Positions 17,638 through 27,933 of a stretch of DNA of 64,000 bases are shown here, piece after piece. The notes under the pieces were generated by a model. That model worked only from the letters and a program-made list of their open reading frames with translations. It was not told the DNA's origin and searched no databases. Every line of letters starts with the position of its first letter. Position 1 is the stretch's first letter. The position numbers and the translations under genes are program-made. Source of the DNA: an uncultured delta proteobacterium (lineage in GTDB: Bacteria > Myxococcota > Myxococcia > Myxococcales > Myxococcaceae); NCBI GenBank assembly GCA_963771175.1, contig CAVYSY010000040.1, positions 224,001-288,000 on the forward strand. Direction: 5' to 3'.

Positions 17638-18438
17638 CTAGAATGCGGTGCCGGCGCTGGCGCCCACGAAGGTGTCGTCCATGTAGCCGCGCCGGAAGCG
17701 CATCAACTCGATGCGCCAGGCCAGCCGCACGTTCGACTCCGAGGACAGCCGCGTGCGGCCCCGGAAGCCCACTCCGTACTGGATGAGCGACTTGATGCCG
17801 TCCACCGGTGTCGCCTTGCCGCCAATCTCCAGCGCGGTGTGCTCGTAGGCGATGCCTCCGCCCGCCTGCGCGTAGAAGCCGTAGTCCTTGCTCTTTCCCA
17901 CGGTCAGCTCGTACGCCGGGGCGATGGTGGCGTAGTGCAGCCGCGTGTCGCCGATGATGAGCTGCGTTCCCTCGCGCATCCCGGCGTACGTGTAGCGCAC
18001 GTCGAACCAGAGCGCCTCGCGCAGCGCCTCCATGTTGAACAGCCGTCCGATCTCCCAGGTGAAGCGGCCTCCCACGGCCGGCAGGAGATCGGCGAACTGT
18101 CCGCGCGGGCTGCTCAGCAGCATCGCGCCCCCGAGCACCTCGAACGCCACGCCCGTGTTCGGGTCGTCCAGGTTCGCCAGCCACTCGGCGTCCTTCTCCG
18201 CGTCTTCCTCCTCGGACACCCGACGGAAATCCTCCGCTACGTCCTCGTGTCCGGCGCGGTTGAAATCCTCCGGCGCGTCCTCGGGCCCGGCCTGGCGGCG
18301 GGGCTTCTCCTCCTCGGGCTTCTCGTCATCCGGATAGGCATAGGGCGTGTCGTCGTCCTGCGCGAACGCGGGCGGGGCGAGGGCAATCCCTCCCAGCAGG
18401 CAGGGCAGGAGCCAGGAATACACGGCGGCGGTCTTCAT
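17638..18438 (-). CDS. Hypothetical outer-membrane beta-barrel protein with an acidic N-terminal linker
   Basis: Signal peptide ending AFA, acidic disordered stretch, alternating strands, C-terminal GTAF; ATGA overlap with upstream gene. Confidence 0.78.
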   Translation of the reverse strand: MKTAAVYSWLLPCLLGGIALAPPAFAQDDDTPYAYPDDEKPEEEKPRRQAGPEDAPEDFNRAGHEDVAEDFRRVSEEEDAEKDAEWLANLDDPNTGVAFEVLGGAMLLSSPRGQFADLLPAVGGRFTWEIGRLFNMEALREALWFDVRYTYAGMREGTQLIIGDTRLHYATIAPAYELTVGKSKDYGFYAQAGGGIAYEHTALEIGGKATPVDGIKSLIQYGVGFRGRTRLSSESNVRLAWRIELMRFRRGYMDDTFVGASAGTAF

Positions 18439-19727
18439 GGGTTGATCGACTCGCAGGCGGAGGTGACGGGGGTGCTGATCGGGCAGTCGGCCTGGGTCGT
18501 GGAGCCGTCCTCGGCGCCGGAGAGCTCGCTGGCCGGGAGCTGCAGGTGGGTGGAGAGGTTGGTGCACACCGTCGTCTTCAGATCGACGTTGCCGGGCGGG
18601 ATGTGCTGGACGATGGCCCGGACCGCCCGGGCCAGCGTGAACCGCGGCTGGTCACCCAGGTACTTGCGCGCGAGCTGGGCGAAGCCGGGCTTCGCGGGAT
18701 CCGTGTCCGAGTAGGCCGCCGCCACCGCGCGCAGCAGCACCTGGCGATCCGCCGGCGACCTGGCGGACTTGTAGAGGGCGCTCGCGAGGATGGTGCCCAC
18801 CTGGTACTCGCGGCCGCTGAACGTGGAGAAGTTGGAGTAGAGGAGCTGCTCGCGCAGGTCCTTGCTCATGCACCAGTTCTTCGACAGGTCACGGTCATCC
18901 GCTGTCGTGCCCTCGAAGGAGGTCTCCAGCACGCGCGTGCTGCAGCCGAAGGCCGACTGGCACGAGGCCCCGTAGGCGTGGAAGTCCGCCAGGCCCTCGT
19001 CCAGCGACTTGAGGACGTTGAGGCCCGGGGTGGGCGTGGGACTCATGGCCGTCCAGGCGCCGATCGGCTCGGGAACGGCGCTGCCGCCGTACGCCCTGCG
19101 GTTGAAGACCAGGTGGGCGTACTCGTGGGCGAGGATGGAGGCGTTGATGGCCAGCGGCGCCTTCTCGATTGCCTCGAAGGGCAGCACCAGGAAGGCCTTC
19201 GCCGGCGAGAAGAAGATGGCGTTGTCGCGCTGCGGCTTGTCGCTCGCGTCGGCGAGGACGAAGTCGGGGAAGTAGTAGGCCGTCGTCTGCGGCAACTCCT
19301 CGCCCTTCACCTCGGCCACGTTGCGGAAGTAGTCGTAGGCGCGCTCGAAGTTGTAATACGTGGTGACGAGGTTCCACGTGTGGAAGTCCGCTGGCCACAG
19401 CACGCCCTGCTTGTCGGCGATGTAGCTGGCGGTGACGGGCCGGCCCTCCTTCTTCACGATGGCGGTCTGGAGCGCCTCCTCGGTGGTGGCGGCCTGGAGC
19501 TCGGGATCATTCGAGTCCAGTCGGATGCTCGCGCCGCCCAGGAGCCGGACCACCTGGCCCTCCAGGGACACGATGTCCGTGACCGTCTTGAGCTCGACTT
19601 CCTGCGGCACGTACTCGCCATTGGTGGAGCGAACGAGCGCGCGGACCTTCACGGGCGTCTGGGTTTCCGGCGCGCAGGAGGCGGCGAGCGTCGCGAGCGC
19701 GGCGGCGGCTGTCAGCTTTCGGACCAT
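18435..19727 (-). CDS. Lipoprotein with a gluzincin-type metallopeptidase motif
   Basis: Lipobox LAASC; DNAIF, ILAHEYAH, downstream SLDEGLADF (third Zn ligand Glu). Confidence 0.82.
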   Translation of the reverse strand: MVRKLTAAAALATLAASCAPETQTPVKVRALVRSTNGEYVPQEVELKTVTDIVSLEGQVVRLLGGASIRLDSNDPELQAATTEEALQTAIVKKEGRPVTASYIADKQGVLWPADFHTWNLVTTYYNFERAYDYFRNVAEVKGEELPQTTAYYFPDFVLADASDKPQRDNAIFFSPAKAFLVLPFEAIEKAPLAINASILAHEYAHLVFNRRAYGGSAVPEPIGAWTAMSPTPTPGLNVLKSLDEGLADFHAYGASCQSAFGCSTRVLETSFEGTTADDRDLSKNWCMSKDLREQLLYSNFSTFSGREYQVGTILASALYKSARSPADRQVLLRAVAAAYSDTDPAKPGFAQLARKYLGDQPRFTLARAVRAIVQHIPPGNVDLKTTVCTNLSTHLQLPASELSGAEDGSTTQADCPISTPVTSACESINP

Positions 19728-19770
19728 GCGGCCCTTCTTACTACGGGTCCGGTGGCCACCTGAAGCCGGG

Positions 19771-20853
19771 TCAGAAGGTGTACTCCGTCCCCACGGTGAC
19801 GAGGCCCGAGCGCTGGGGGGCCTCCCCCTCGGGGCGGTCCGACTGGAGGGCGAGGGCGGCCCACAGCCGGAAGGTCTTCGCCGGCTTCCACGTCCACCGG
19901 GTACCCAGCACGTGCGAGTACCCCTGGCCCGGCACGTAGCGGGTGAAGGCGTAGGAGAGCTGCCCGCGCACCCGGGAGCTGAAGTGGTACGTCACCGAGG
20001 GCTTGACGTCGAAGCGGGCCGGGGCGCTGGGGAAGCCGGTGAGCGCGTTCACGCCCAGCATGCGGCTGGCCAGGTCCACGGACAGCTCCCTGACGCGCTG
20101 CCGGAAGAACTCCGTCAACAGGCTCCGGCTCTCGGCGGCGCTGGTGTAGCGGCGCAGCACCTCCGCCAGCTCGTTCTGGGTGAACTGGCCGGCGCTCAAG
20201 GGATCGCCGCTGTAGAGGTAGAGGCCGCCGCGCAGGCCCAGCTCCCAGTCCTCGAAGAGCATCAGCCGCGCGCCCACCGAGGGGCGGGCGAGGAAGAGCG
20301 GGTCTTCCCGGTGGTAGAGGGACTCGTTGCGCGCATCCTGGCGGGCGAGCACCTCCCGCCGCAGGCCGTAGCGGGTGAGGCCCAGGCCCACGTCGAACCC
20401 GTACTCCACGTCCGAGAAGCCGGCCGAGTCATAGGACGCCGCGAGCTGTGCCCCCAGGCTGTGGTAGCCGGTGCGCGTCAACAGCGCCGGCAGGTCGAGC
20501 AGTGGCCGTTCGGGCGCCACCGGGGTGACGCTCGTCTTGGGCAGGCCCACGTTGACGAGCCCCGAGAGGAGCCAGTGCTCGCCGAGGGCGTGGTCCACCC
20601 CGGCCGAGAGCTGGTGGGAGAGGGCGGTGTCCGACTCCGTGCGGGCCCCGGTGTAGCCGAGGGTGAGGAAGGTCTCGTCCTGGCGCAGCTCCACGTCGCC
20701 CAGGAGCGTCCAGGTGCGCTGGCTGCCCCCCGCGCTCGCCTCGGCCATCACCGAGCCCGCACGTGCCGATAAGGGGGCCAGCAAGCATCCGGCGGCCAGT
20801 GCCATCCACCACACGCGGAGCCGCCGGCCCCCGTCGGGGATTCCTTGACGCAT
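19771..20853 (-). CDS. Hypothetical outer-membrane beta-barrel protein
   Basis: Signal peptide ending ARA, many amphipathic strands, C-terminal VGTEYTF; start position uncertain. Confidence 0.75.
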   Translation of the reverse strand: MRQGIPDGGRRLRVWWMALAAGCLLAPLSARAGSVMAEASAGGSQRTWTLLGDVELRQDETFLTLGYTGARTESDTALSHQLSAGVDHALGEHWLLSGLVNVGLPKTSVTPVAPERPLLDLPALLTRTGYHSLGAQLAASYDSAGFSDVEYGFDVGLGLTRYGLRREVLARQDARNESLYHREDPLFLARPSVGARLMLFEDWELGLRGGLYLYSGDPLSAGQFTQNELAEVLRRYTSAAESRSLLTEFFRQRVRELSVDLASRMLGVNALTGFPSAPARFDVKPSVTYHFSSRVRGQLSYAFTRYVPGQGYSHVLGTRWTWKPAKTFRLWAALALQSDRPEGEAPQRSGLVTVGTEYTF

Positions 20854-20908
20854 CGTTTCCACGCTCTCTATGGTGCCGCCCTTCCAACTCATCTGTACAG
20901 GCGGTGTC

Positions 20909-22729
20909 ATGGCGGTCCCGTTCATCACCGAGGTCAAGCGTACTCACACCTGCGGGCAGCTCACCAAGGCCAACATCGGCGAGGAGGTCGTCCTCTTCGG
21001 CTGGGTGCAGAACCGGCGAGACCACGGCGGCGCGGTCTTCATCGATCTGCGAGACCGTGAGGGTCTCACGCAGGTCGTCTTCGAGCCGGACATCGCCAAG
21101 GAGGCGCACGAGCTGGCTGGCCAGCTGCGCCTCGAGTACTGCATCGGCATCAAGGGCAAGGTCGTCTCGCGCGGCACCCAGGTCAATCCCAAGATCAAGA
21201 CGGGTGAGATCGAGATCAAGGCCACGGACCTGACCATCTTCAACCGCTCCGAGCCCACGCCCTTCCTCGTCGAGGACAACATCGACACGGCGGAGGAGAA
21301 GCGTCTGGCGTACCGCTACCTGGATCTGCGCCGCGCGCCGCTGCAGCAGTCGCTGATGACGCGCTCGAAGATGAACGCGATCACCCGCTCGTACATGGTG
21401 GGCAACGGCTTCCTGGAGCTGGAGACGCCCTTCATGGGCAAGTACACCCCGGGTGGCGCGCGCAACTTCCTGGTGCCCAGCCGGCTCAACCCGGGCAAGT
21501 TCTACGCCCTGGCCGAGAGCCCCCAGCTCTACAAGCAGCTCTTCATGGTGGCGGGCTTCGACCGCTACTTCCAGATCGTCAAGTGCTTCCGCGACGAGGA
21601 TCTGCGCCTGGACCGGCAGCCCGAGTTCACGCAGGTCGACGTGGAGATGAGCTTCGTCACCCAGGACGACATCTTCACCATCATCGAGGGGCTGCTGAAG
21701 CGGCTGTGGAGGGAGGTGCTCGGCGTCGACATCCCCACGCCTTTCTGCGGATGAACTTCGACGAGTCCATGGCGAAGTACGGCAACGACAAGCCGGACCT
21801 GCGCTTCGGGCTGGAGCACGTGGTGCTCACGGACCTCATCCGCCAGCACGGCGCCGCGGGCGGCGTGCCGATGATGTTCGAGGCGGTGGAGCAGGGCGGC
21901 ATCGTCAAGGCCATGGTCGTCCCCGCGGACAAGCCGATGAGCCGCGCGGAGAGCGACAAGCTGGAGGACTTCGCCAAGCAGAACGGGCGCCAAGGGCCTC
22001 GCGCGCGCCAAGGTGGGCGAGGGCGGTGAGTGGACCCAGTCCCCGCTGTCCAAGACGATTACTCCGGCGCTGCGCCTGGCCATCAACCAGGCCTGCGACG
22101 CGAAGACGGGCGACCTCATGCTGTTCCAGTTCGGCCGCGAGTCGCTGGTGCACACGGTGATGGCGAACCTGCGCGTGCACGTGGCCAAGAAGCTCGGCCT
22201 CATCCCCGAGTACGGCAGCGGCGGCGTGTGGAAGTTCCTCTGGGTCGTCAACCCGCCCCTCTTCGAGTACGACGAGGAGACGAAGACGTGGGCGGCGGCG
22301 CACCACGCCTTCACCCGGCCGCACGACGAGGACGTGCCGTACCTGCTGACGGATCCGGGCCGCGTGAAGTGCCACCGCTACGACGTGGTGCTCAACGGCT
22401 TCGAGATCGGCGGCGGCTCCATCCGTCTGCACGACCCCAAGGTGCAGGCGGAGGTGTTCAAGGCGCTGGGCATCTCGGACGAGGAGGCGCGGGAGAAGTT
22501 CGGCTTCCTGCTGGACGCGCTCAAGTTCGGCGCGCCGCCGCACGGCGGCATCGCGCTGGGCATGGACCGGCTGGTGATGCTGCTCACGAGCGCCGAGTCC
22601 CTGCGCGACGTCATCCCGTTCCCCAAGACGAAGACGGGCACGGACCTGATGACGGGCGCGCCGGGCGACGTGGACGAGCGGCAGCTGCGCGAGGTCCACG
22701 TGCGCCCCACGCCGCCGCCGCAGAAGTGA
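20909..22729 (+). CDS. aspS: Aspartate--tRNA ligase, probably the non-discriminating Asp/Asn type (frameshifts near 21745 and 21985)
   Basis: RTHTCG, GWVQNRRDHGG, YRYLDLRR, SPQLYKQL, CFRDEDLR.DRQPEFTQ.D.E, YGNDKPDLRFG, EIGGGSIR, GAPPHGGIALGMDR. Confidence 0.98.
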
Positions 22730-22743
22730 GCGGAGCGGTGCGA

Positions 22744-22768
22744 CCGCCTCCCGCGTGACGGGAGGCGG
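22744..22768. terminator. Hairpin between convergent aspS and lipoprotein gene
   Basis: Perfect 10-bp inverted repeat CCGCCTCCCG / CGGGAGGCGG. Confidence 0.65.
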
Positions 22769-22787
22769 AGGCCCTTGGCTCCACCTG

Positions 22788-23333
22788 CTAGGGCTTGAAG
22801 GTCAGCGACAGGTCCACCGAGCCGGTGTGGTCATAGACGGGGGAGGCGTCGAACTTGATCTGCGCCCTCCCGCCGAAGCCCGCGTAGTAGGTGTCGGCGC
22901 CCTCGTCCCGACCGGTGGGCACCGTGTCGATGGTCAGGCTCGCCGCGCCGAGGTCCGCACCGAACCCGAGCGACAGGTCGTACTGCTTGTCCTGGTCCGT
23001 CGAGTAGACGGAGCCCGTGGCCTCGATGATGGAGGTTCCGCTGAAGGTGCCCTTCGTGGGGTTTCCCATGAGGGTGATGATGATGTCGTCGGCGCTCTTG
23101 AGGGTGCCGCTGCCCGTCGCGGGCTCGACCGTGAGGGTGTAGAGGAGCTGTCCGTTGGTGGAGAGCTTCGCCGCCGTGACGGTGCAGCTCCGGACGGTGC
23201 CCGTCACGGCCCCGCTGAAGGTCCCCGTGCAGCTTCCGCCGCCGGTTCCAGTGTCACCCCCGTTGTTGTCGTCATCGCACGCCGCGAGCGACAGCGCCGC
23301 CACTGCCGCCAGAATCCGCCAGGTGTTCTTCAT
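22788..23333 (-). CDS. Hypothetical lipoprotein
   Basis: MKNTWRILAAVAALSLAAC lipobox, GAGG RBS, Thr/Ser/Gly-rich beta protein. Confidence 0.8.
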   Translation of the reverse strand: MKNTWRILAAVAALSLAACDDDNNGGDTGTGGGSCTGTFSGAVTGTVRSCTVTAAKLSTNGQLLYTLTVEPATGSGTLKSADDIIITLMGNPTKGTFSGTSIIEATGSVYSTDQDKQYDLSLGFGADLGAASLTIDTVPTGRDEGADTYYAGFGGRAQIKFDASPVYDHTGSVDLSLTFKP

Positions 23334-23559
23334 GGGTAGTCCTCTCGGGCGGGCACCAGCGCCCGCGCAGCACGTCATGCGCACCCCGGGCGCCCACGTC
23401 AACACGTTCTCGTCCTGACCGGGCGGCCGTGCATGTGGGACCCGGGGCGGGGAATAACGAGTCCCGAGAGGGGAAGCGGTGCCGGGATGTGGTCACCAGT
23501 GGTGCGAGCCCTCACGACCGCTGTAAACAGGCACTTCCCCGCAGGGAGGACAAGGGCCG

Positions 23560-24477
23560 ATGAAGACGTTCCTCGTGGTGAATCCGCACAGCGCCGGTGG
23601 GCATACGGGCAAGCGATGGGCCGAGATCTCTGGCCAGGTGACCCGGAAGATCGGCGACTTCGGCTTCGGGTTCACCGAGCGGGCGATGGATGCGGTGCGC
23701 CTCACGCGCGACGCGCTCACGGACGGCTACGAGTGCATCGCCGCCGTCGGGGGTGACGGCACCGTCAACGAGGTCGTCAACGGCTTCTTCCGCGACGGCA
23801 AGGCCATCAACCCGAATGCGGCCCTGGGCCTCATCCCGCGTGGCACCGGCGGCGACTTCCGGCGCGCCTTCGGGTGGGACCTGGACCTGGAGTCCGCCCT
23901 GGAGCGGCTGCGCACCGACAAGACCGAGCCCTTCGACGTGGGGCTCGCCGAGTACGTCAACCACGAGGGCCAGAAGGAATCGCGCTACTTCGCCAACATC
24001 GCCTCCTTCGGCGTGAGCGCGGCGGTGGCCCACGAGGTGAACAAGAGCAGCAAGGCGCTCGGCGGCAACCTGAGCTTCGTGTGGGGCACGGTGAAGGCGA
24101 TGGCGAAGTACAAGGACCGCCGGGTGCGCCTGCGCGTGGACGGCGGCGCGCCCGAGGAGCTGGGCATCACCGCCGTTGCCGCCTCCAACGGGCGCTACTT
24201 CGGCAGTGGCATGTGCGTGGCCCCCAAGGCCAGCACCCACGATGGTCTCTTCGACCTGACCATCTGGCACGACTACGGCGTGTCCGACTTCATCATCAAG
24301 TCCAAGGGTGTCTACAACGGCGAGCACATCCACTGGAACAAGACGCGCTACCTCCAGTGCCGCACCCTCGAGGCGGAGAGCGACGAGGAGGTCTTCCTGG
24401 AGATGGATGGCGAGGTGCCCGGCAGGCTGCCGTGCCGCATCTCCATCCTGCCCGGCGCCATCCGCCTCAAGGTGTAG
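23560..24477 (+). CDS. Diacylglycerol/lipid kinase family protein (YegS/DagK-like)
   Basis: VVNPHSAGG, GGDGTVNEVVNG, IPRGTGGDF, FANIASFG, NGRYFGSGM, MDGE. Confidence 0.95.
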   Translation: MKTFLVVNPHSAGGHTGKRWAEISGQVTRKIGDFGFGFTERAMDAVRLTRDALTDGYECIAAVGGDGTVNEVVNGFFRDGKAINPNAALGLIPRGTGGDFRRAFGWDLDLESALERLRTDKTEPFDVGLAEYVNHEGQKESRYFANIASFGVSAAVAHEVNKSSKALGGNLSFVWGTVKAMAKYKDRRVRLRVDGGAPEELGITAVAASNGRYFGSGMCVAPKASTHDGLFDLTIWHDYGVSDFIIKSKGVYNGEHIHWNKTRYLQCRTLEAESDEEVFLEMDGEVPGRLPCRISILPGAIRLKV

Positions 24478-24613
24478 CGCCGTCCTGCCCATCTCCGTGG
24501 TGCACGCCCAGGGCCCGGTTGCCCGGGAGCCGGGCGTCCTTCATTCCGCGACTGGACCTTGGAAGTTCGCTCGTTCCGGCTTACTCTAGAAATAGAGTCC
24601 GCCGGAGCGCGCC

Positions 24614-25663
24614 ATGTCAGATCGCGACCCTTCCCAGCTCGATCTCTTCACCGGGGCCCCCAGCCCCACGCCGACCCGTGGGCGCCGGCGCGGGCAGGAG
24701 GCGCCCGTGGGGCCCGCCGAGCAGCCCGAGGAGGTGAGGGCGCTCGGTGAGCAGCTCCCCGCGGGCCTGTACCTGGGCACCTCGTCCTGGACGTTCCCGG
24801 GCTGGAAGGGGCTCGTCTACGACCGCGAGGCCACCCCGGCACGCCTCTCCCGCGAGGGGCTCGGCGCCTATGCCCGCCACCCCGTGCTGCGCACCGTGGG
24901 CGTGGACCGCACCTTCTATGCCCCCATTCCCGCCTCCACCTTCGCCGAGTACGCCGCCCAGGTGCCCGACGGCTTCCGCTTCCTCGTGAAGGCCCACGAG
25001 GCCTGCACCCTCGCGCGCTGGCCCGTGCACCAGCGCTATGGCGACCTGCGAGGTCAGTCCAATGCCCGCTTCCTGGATGCCGCCTATGCGCGCGACCTGG
25101 TGGTGGCGCCCTTCGTCGAGGGCCTCGGCCAGAAGGCCGGGCCGCTCGTCTTCCAACTGCCGCCGCAGGATCCGCGGGACTTCGGTGGAGTGGGGCCCTT
25201 CGTGGAGCGGCTGCACGCCTTCCTCGCCGCGCTGCCTCGCGGCCCCCTCTACGCCGTCGAGCTCCGCAACGAGTCCCTGCTGACGGAGGCCCTGGCCCAG
25301 GCACTCGCGGACGTGGGCGCCTGCCCCGTGCTCGCGGCCTGGAAGGACATGCCCCCCGTGGAGCGTCAGGCGGTGCGCACGCGCGCCCTGCAGGCCCCCG
25401 CCCTGGTGGTGCGCTGGATGTTGCCTCCGAACCTCGACTACGAGGAGGCCCGCAAGCGCTACTTCCCCTTCGACCGACTGGTGGACGAGGACGTGCGCAC
25501 CCGCGAGGCCATCGCCCGCGCCAGCGTCGCCGCCCTGCGCGCCGGCCGCCCCGTCTTCGTCACGCTCAACAACAAGGCGGAAGGCAGTGCTCCTCTTTCC
25601 GCGATACGTCTGGCCCGCAGCGTCATCTTACGAACGAAAAGTATCGCGAATGTGGAGTCGTGA
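24614..25663 (+). CDS. DUF72 (YecE-like) protein
   Basis: LGTSSWTFPGW.G.VY, VDRTFYA, VPDGFRFLVKA, VFQLPP, YAVELRN, NNKAEGSAP. Confidence 0.92.
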   Translation: MSDRDPSQLDLFTGAPSPTPTRGRRRGQEAPVGPAEQPEEVRALGEQLPAGLYLGTSSWTFPGWKGLVYDREATPARLSREGLGAYARHPVLRTVGVDRTFYAPIPASTFAEYAAQVPDGFRFLVKAHEACTLARWPVHQRYGDLRGQSNARFLDAAYARDLVVAPFVEGLGQKAGPLVFQLPPQDPRDFGGVGPFVERLHAFLAALPRGPLYAVELRNESLLTEALAQALADVGACPVLAAWKDMPPVERQAVRTRALQAPALVVRWMLPPNLDYEEARKRYFPFDRLVDEDVRTREAIARASVAALRAGRPVFVTLNNKAEGSAPLSAIRLARSVILRTKSIANVES

Positions 25664-25736
25664 GCCTCTTGTGTGCGCGCATGTGGCACCGTGGTGTCAC
25701 GTTGGGTGAGCACACGACTTGCTAGGAGGGACGGTC

Positions 25737-25988
25737 ATGAGATCGGTCCTTGTTGCAGCGCTCGTGGTCCGCATGACGGCGGCCGGAGGGGCCGGCGCCG
25801 GTGTCGAGGTAAAAGGGGAACGCCCGCCAGCCGGCGAGTCCTGGGAGGACGTGCGTAAACAGTTCTCCGCCCTGCGAAACGAGTTTTCCACCTTGGAGAA
25901 CGAATTTCGCGACGCGCGAGAGAAGCACCGCGTCAAGGCCGAGGCCAGGCAGCGGGAGTCGGAGCGAGAGCGGCGTGGGCAGCCCTGA
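25737..25988 (+). CDS. Small hypothetical protein (signal-like N-terminus plus coiled coil)
   Basis: AGGAGG RBS before ATG 25737; hydrophobic N-terminus; heptad-like [15 protein letters not shown]. Confidence 0.5.
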   Translation: MRSVLVAALVVRMTAAGGAGAGVEVKGERPPAGESWEDVRKQFSALRNEFSTLENEFRDAREKHRVKAEARQRESERERRGQP

Positions 25989-26316
25989 GCAGGGAGGCCC
26001 GGACGACACCGAGTTCGATCCCGAGGCGCCGGTGGAGCTTCCCCTGGACGGGAACCTCGATCTGCATCTCTTCCACCCCCGCGACGTGAAGGACGTCGTC
26101 ACCGAGTACCTCTGGGCCTGCCGCCAGCAGGGCGTGCTTGAGGTCCGCATCATCCATGGGAAGGGCACCGGAGCGCTGCGGCGCACCGTGCAGTCCCTGC
26201 TTCCGACGCTCCCCGAGGTCGAGTCGTTCCGTTCCGCCTCCGAGTCGGATGGCGGGTGGGGCGCTACCTGGGTCCGGTTGAAGTCCTTGGAGTCCATGGG
26301 CGACGCCGAGCGTTGA
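25975..26316 (+). CDS. Smr/MutS2 C-terminal-domain protein
   Basis: [28 protein letters not shown]. Confidence 0.93.
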   Translation: MGSPEQGGPDDTEFDPEAPVELPLDGNLDLHLFHPRDVKDVVTEYLWACRQQGVLEVRIIHGKGTGALRRTVQSLLPTLPEVESFRSASESDGGWGATWVRLKSLESMGDAER

Positions 26317-26321
26317 CGGGA

Positions 26322-27736
26322 CTAGGTGCCGATCCTCACCATCCGGGCGACGGAGGGGATGCCCGCGTCGTTCACCAGGAAGAGCATGTAGTAGCCCGGT
26401 GGCGCCAGCGCGTTGCTCGCCGGCGCGGTGATGGTGACCCCGGTGCTGCTCCGCGTGAAGCCCAGGGTGAGCAGGCGCTGGTTCTCGTCGAAGGCGTGCG
26501 TCACCGAGCCCAGGGCGATCAACGTCACCTTCGTCACCCGGCTCGCGTCTGGAGTCCCGACGAAGAAGCTCGTGCCCGGCGTCACCACCCCTGGCGCCGA
26601 GCTGATGGTGGGGCGCGCTCCCTTGAAGAGGTAGGGCGGGGAGAAGACCTCCGCGGTGCGCTCGTGACGGCCCCCCGCGCTCAGCACGCGCCCGTCCGGC
26701 AGCAGGAGCGCGGTTGAGTGGTAGCCGCGGTAGGTGCGCTGGCTGGCGAGTCGCGTCCACCGGTTGGTGGCGGGGTTCCACACCTCGGGCTGGAGGACCG
26801 GGGCGTCATCGTTATCGAAGCCGCTGCCTTGGCTGCCACCCACGACGAGCACCGTGCCATCGGGCAGGAGCACCGCGTTGTGTTGGCGCCGGGGCGTGTT
26901 CATCGATGCCATGAACCGCCACGTGGGCGAGGCCGAGGTGAAGTCGATCTGCTCGACGGTGGCGGTCGGCGGATCCCCCCGCCGATGAGGACCACCTTGC
27001 GGTCGAGGAACACCGAGGGCCCGTAGCTCCGCGTGCCGAAGTTGCTCAGCGGGCCCAAGGTCCAGGAGCCCGTCCCCTCCGGGTTCATGAAGCGGCTGCG
27101 GCGTTGGGGCCCGGCATAGAAGAGCCTTCCGTCGGGCAGCAGATGCATCCGCGGGTAGTACGGCAGCTTGAGCGTCGCGGTGGTCATGTTCCGCCAGGTC
27201 CGGCTGGAGGCCAGGTACCGCTGGGGGAGCTCGTTCATGTCGCCAGTGCCGTTGACCTCGCCGGAGAGCACCATCACGTCGCCGTTGGGGAGCGTGGTGT
27301 TGGTGGGGTACCAGCGGCCCGCGTTCATGTCCCGGAGGCGAGTCCAGGTGGAGGTGAAGGGATCGTAGAGGCTCGCGTCGTTGAGCCCCACATGGCTCGC
27401 GATGTGCCCCCCGGTGATCAACAGCTGGCCGTCCGCGAGGTAGGAGTGGCCAGCGCAGAAGATGTTGTAGTCCGGCGCGGTCACCCGGGAGACCGCGCCC
27501 GTGGAGGGGTTCCAGAGCCCCGGGGGATCATCTCCCTCGGAGAACTCGCCGAAGAACATCACCCTGCCGTCGGGCTGCAGGTGGGCGTGGGTGGCGGTGA
27601 TGGGCCAGGACATGCGAGCCGACCACTGCCCGATCTCCGCGGGAGTCTGGGCCTCCGCCGGGAGCGCCAACGCCGTACACGCGGCGAGCAACACCGCGAG
27701 TCCTCGGGGTGGAGGAAGGAATCGCTTCATCGACAT
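26322..27736 (-). CDS. Secreted galactose/glyoxal oxidase-like copper radical oxidase (AA5); one frameshift near 26975
   Basis: Signal peptide; IFCAGH, RWYPT, RGYHSTALLLPDGRVLSAGG, FSPPYL, SVTHAF, APPGYYMLF. Confidence 0.92.
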
Positions 27737-27933
27737 GGTGGTCTCCGGATTGGCGTCTGAACCTAAGGGGGAAGGCGCGCGTGCCAATCCGTCCCCGAGT
27801 CCGAAGGAGCGCCCGCCAGGTGACGCTGGGTCTGTCATGCGCTGGCTTCTCGCCATGGACCGCCGCACGGGGTGGGCGACGGAACCCGGGTCCCCACATT
27901 GGGGAGCCATCCTTCACAGACAGGAGACACCCG

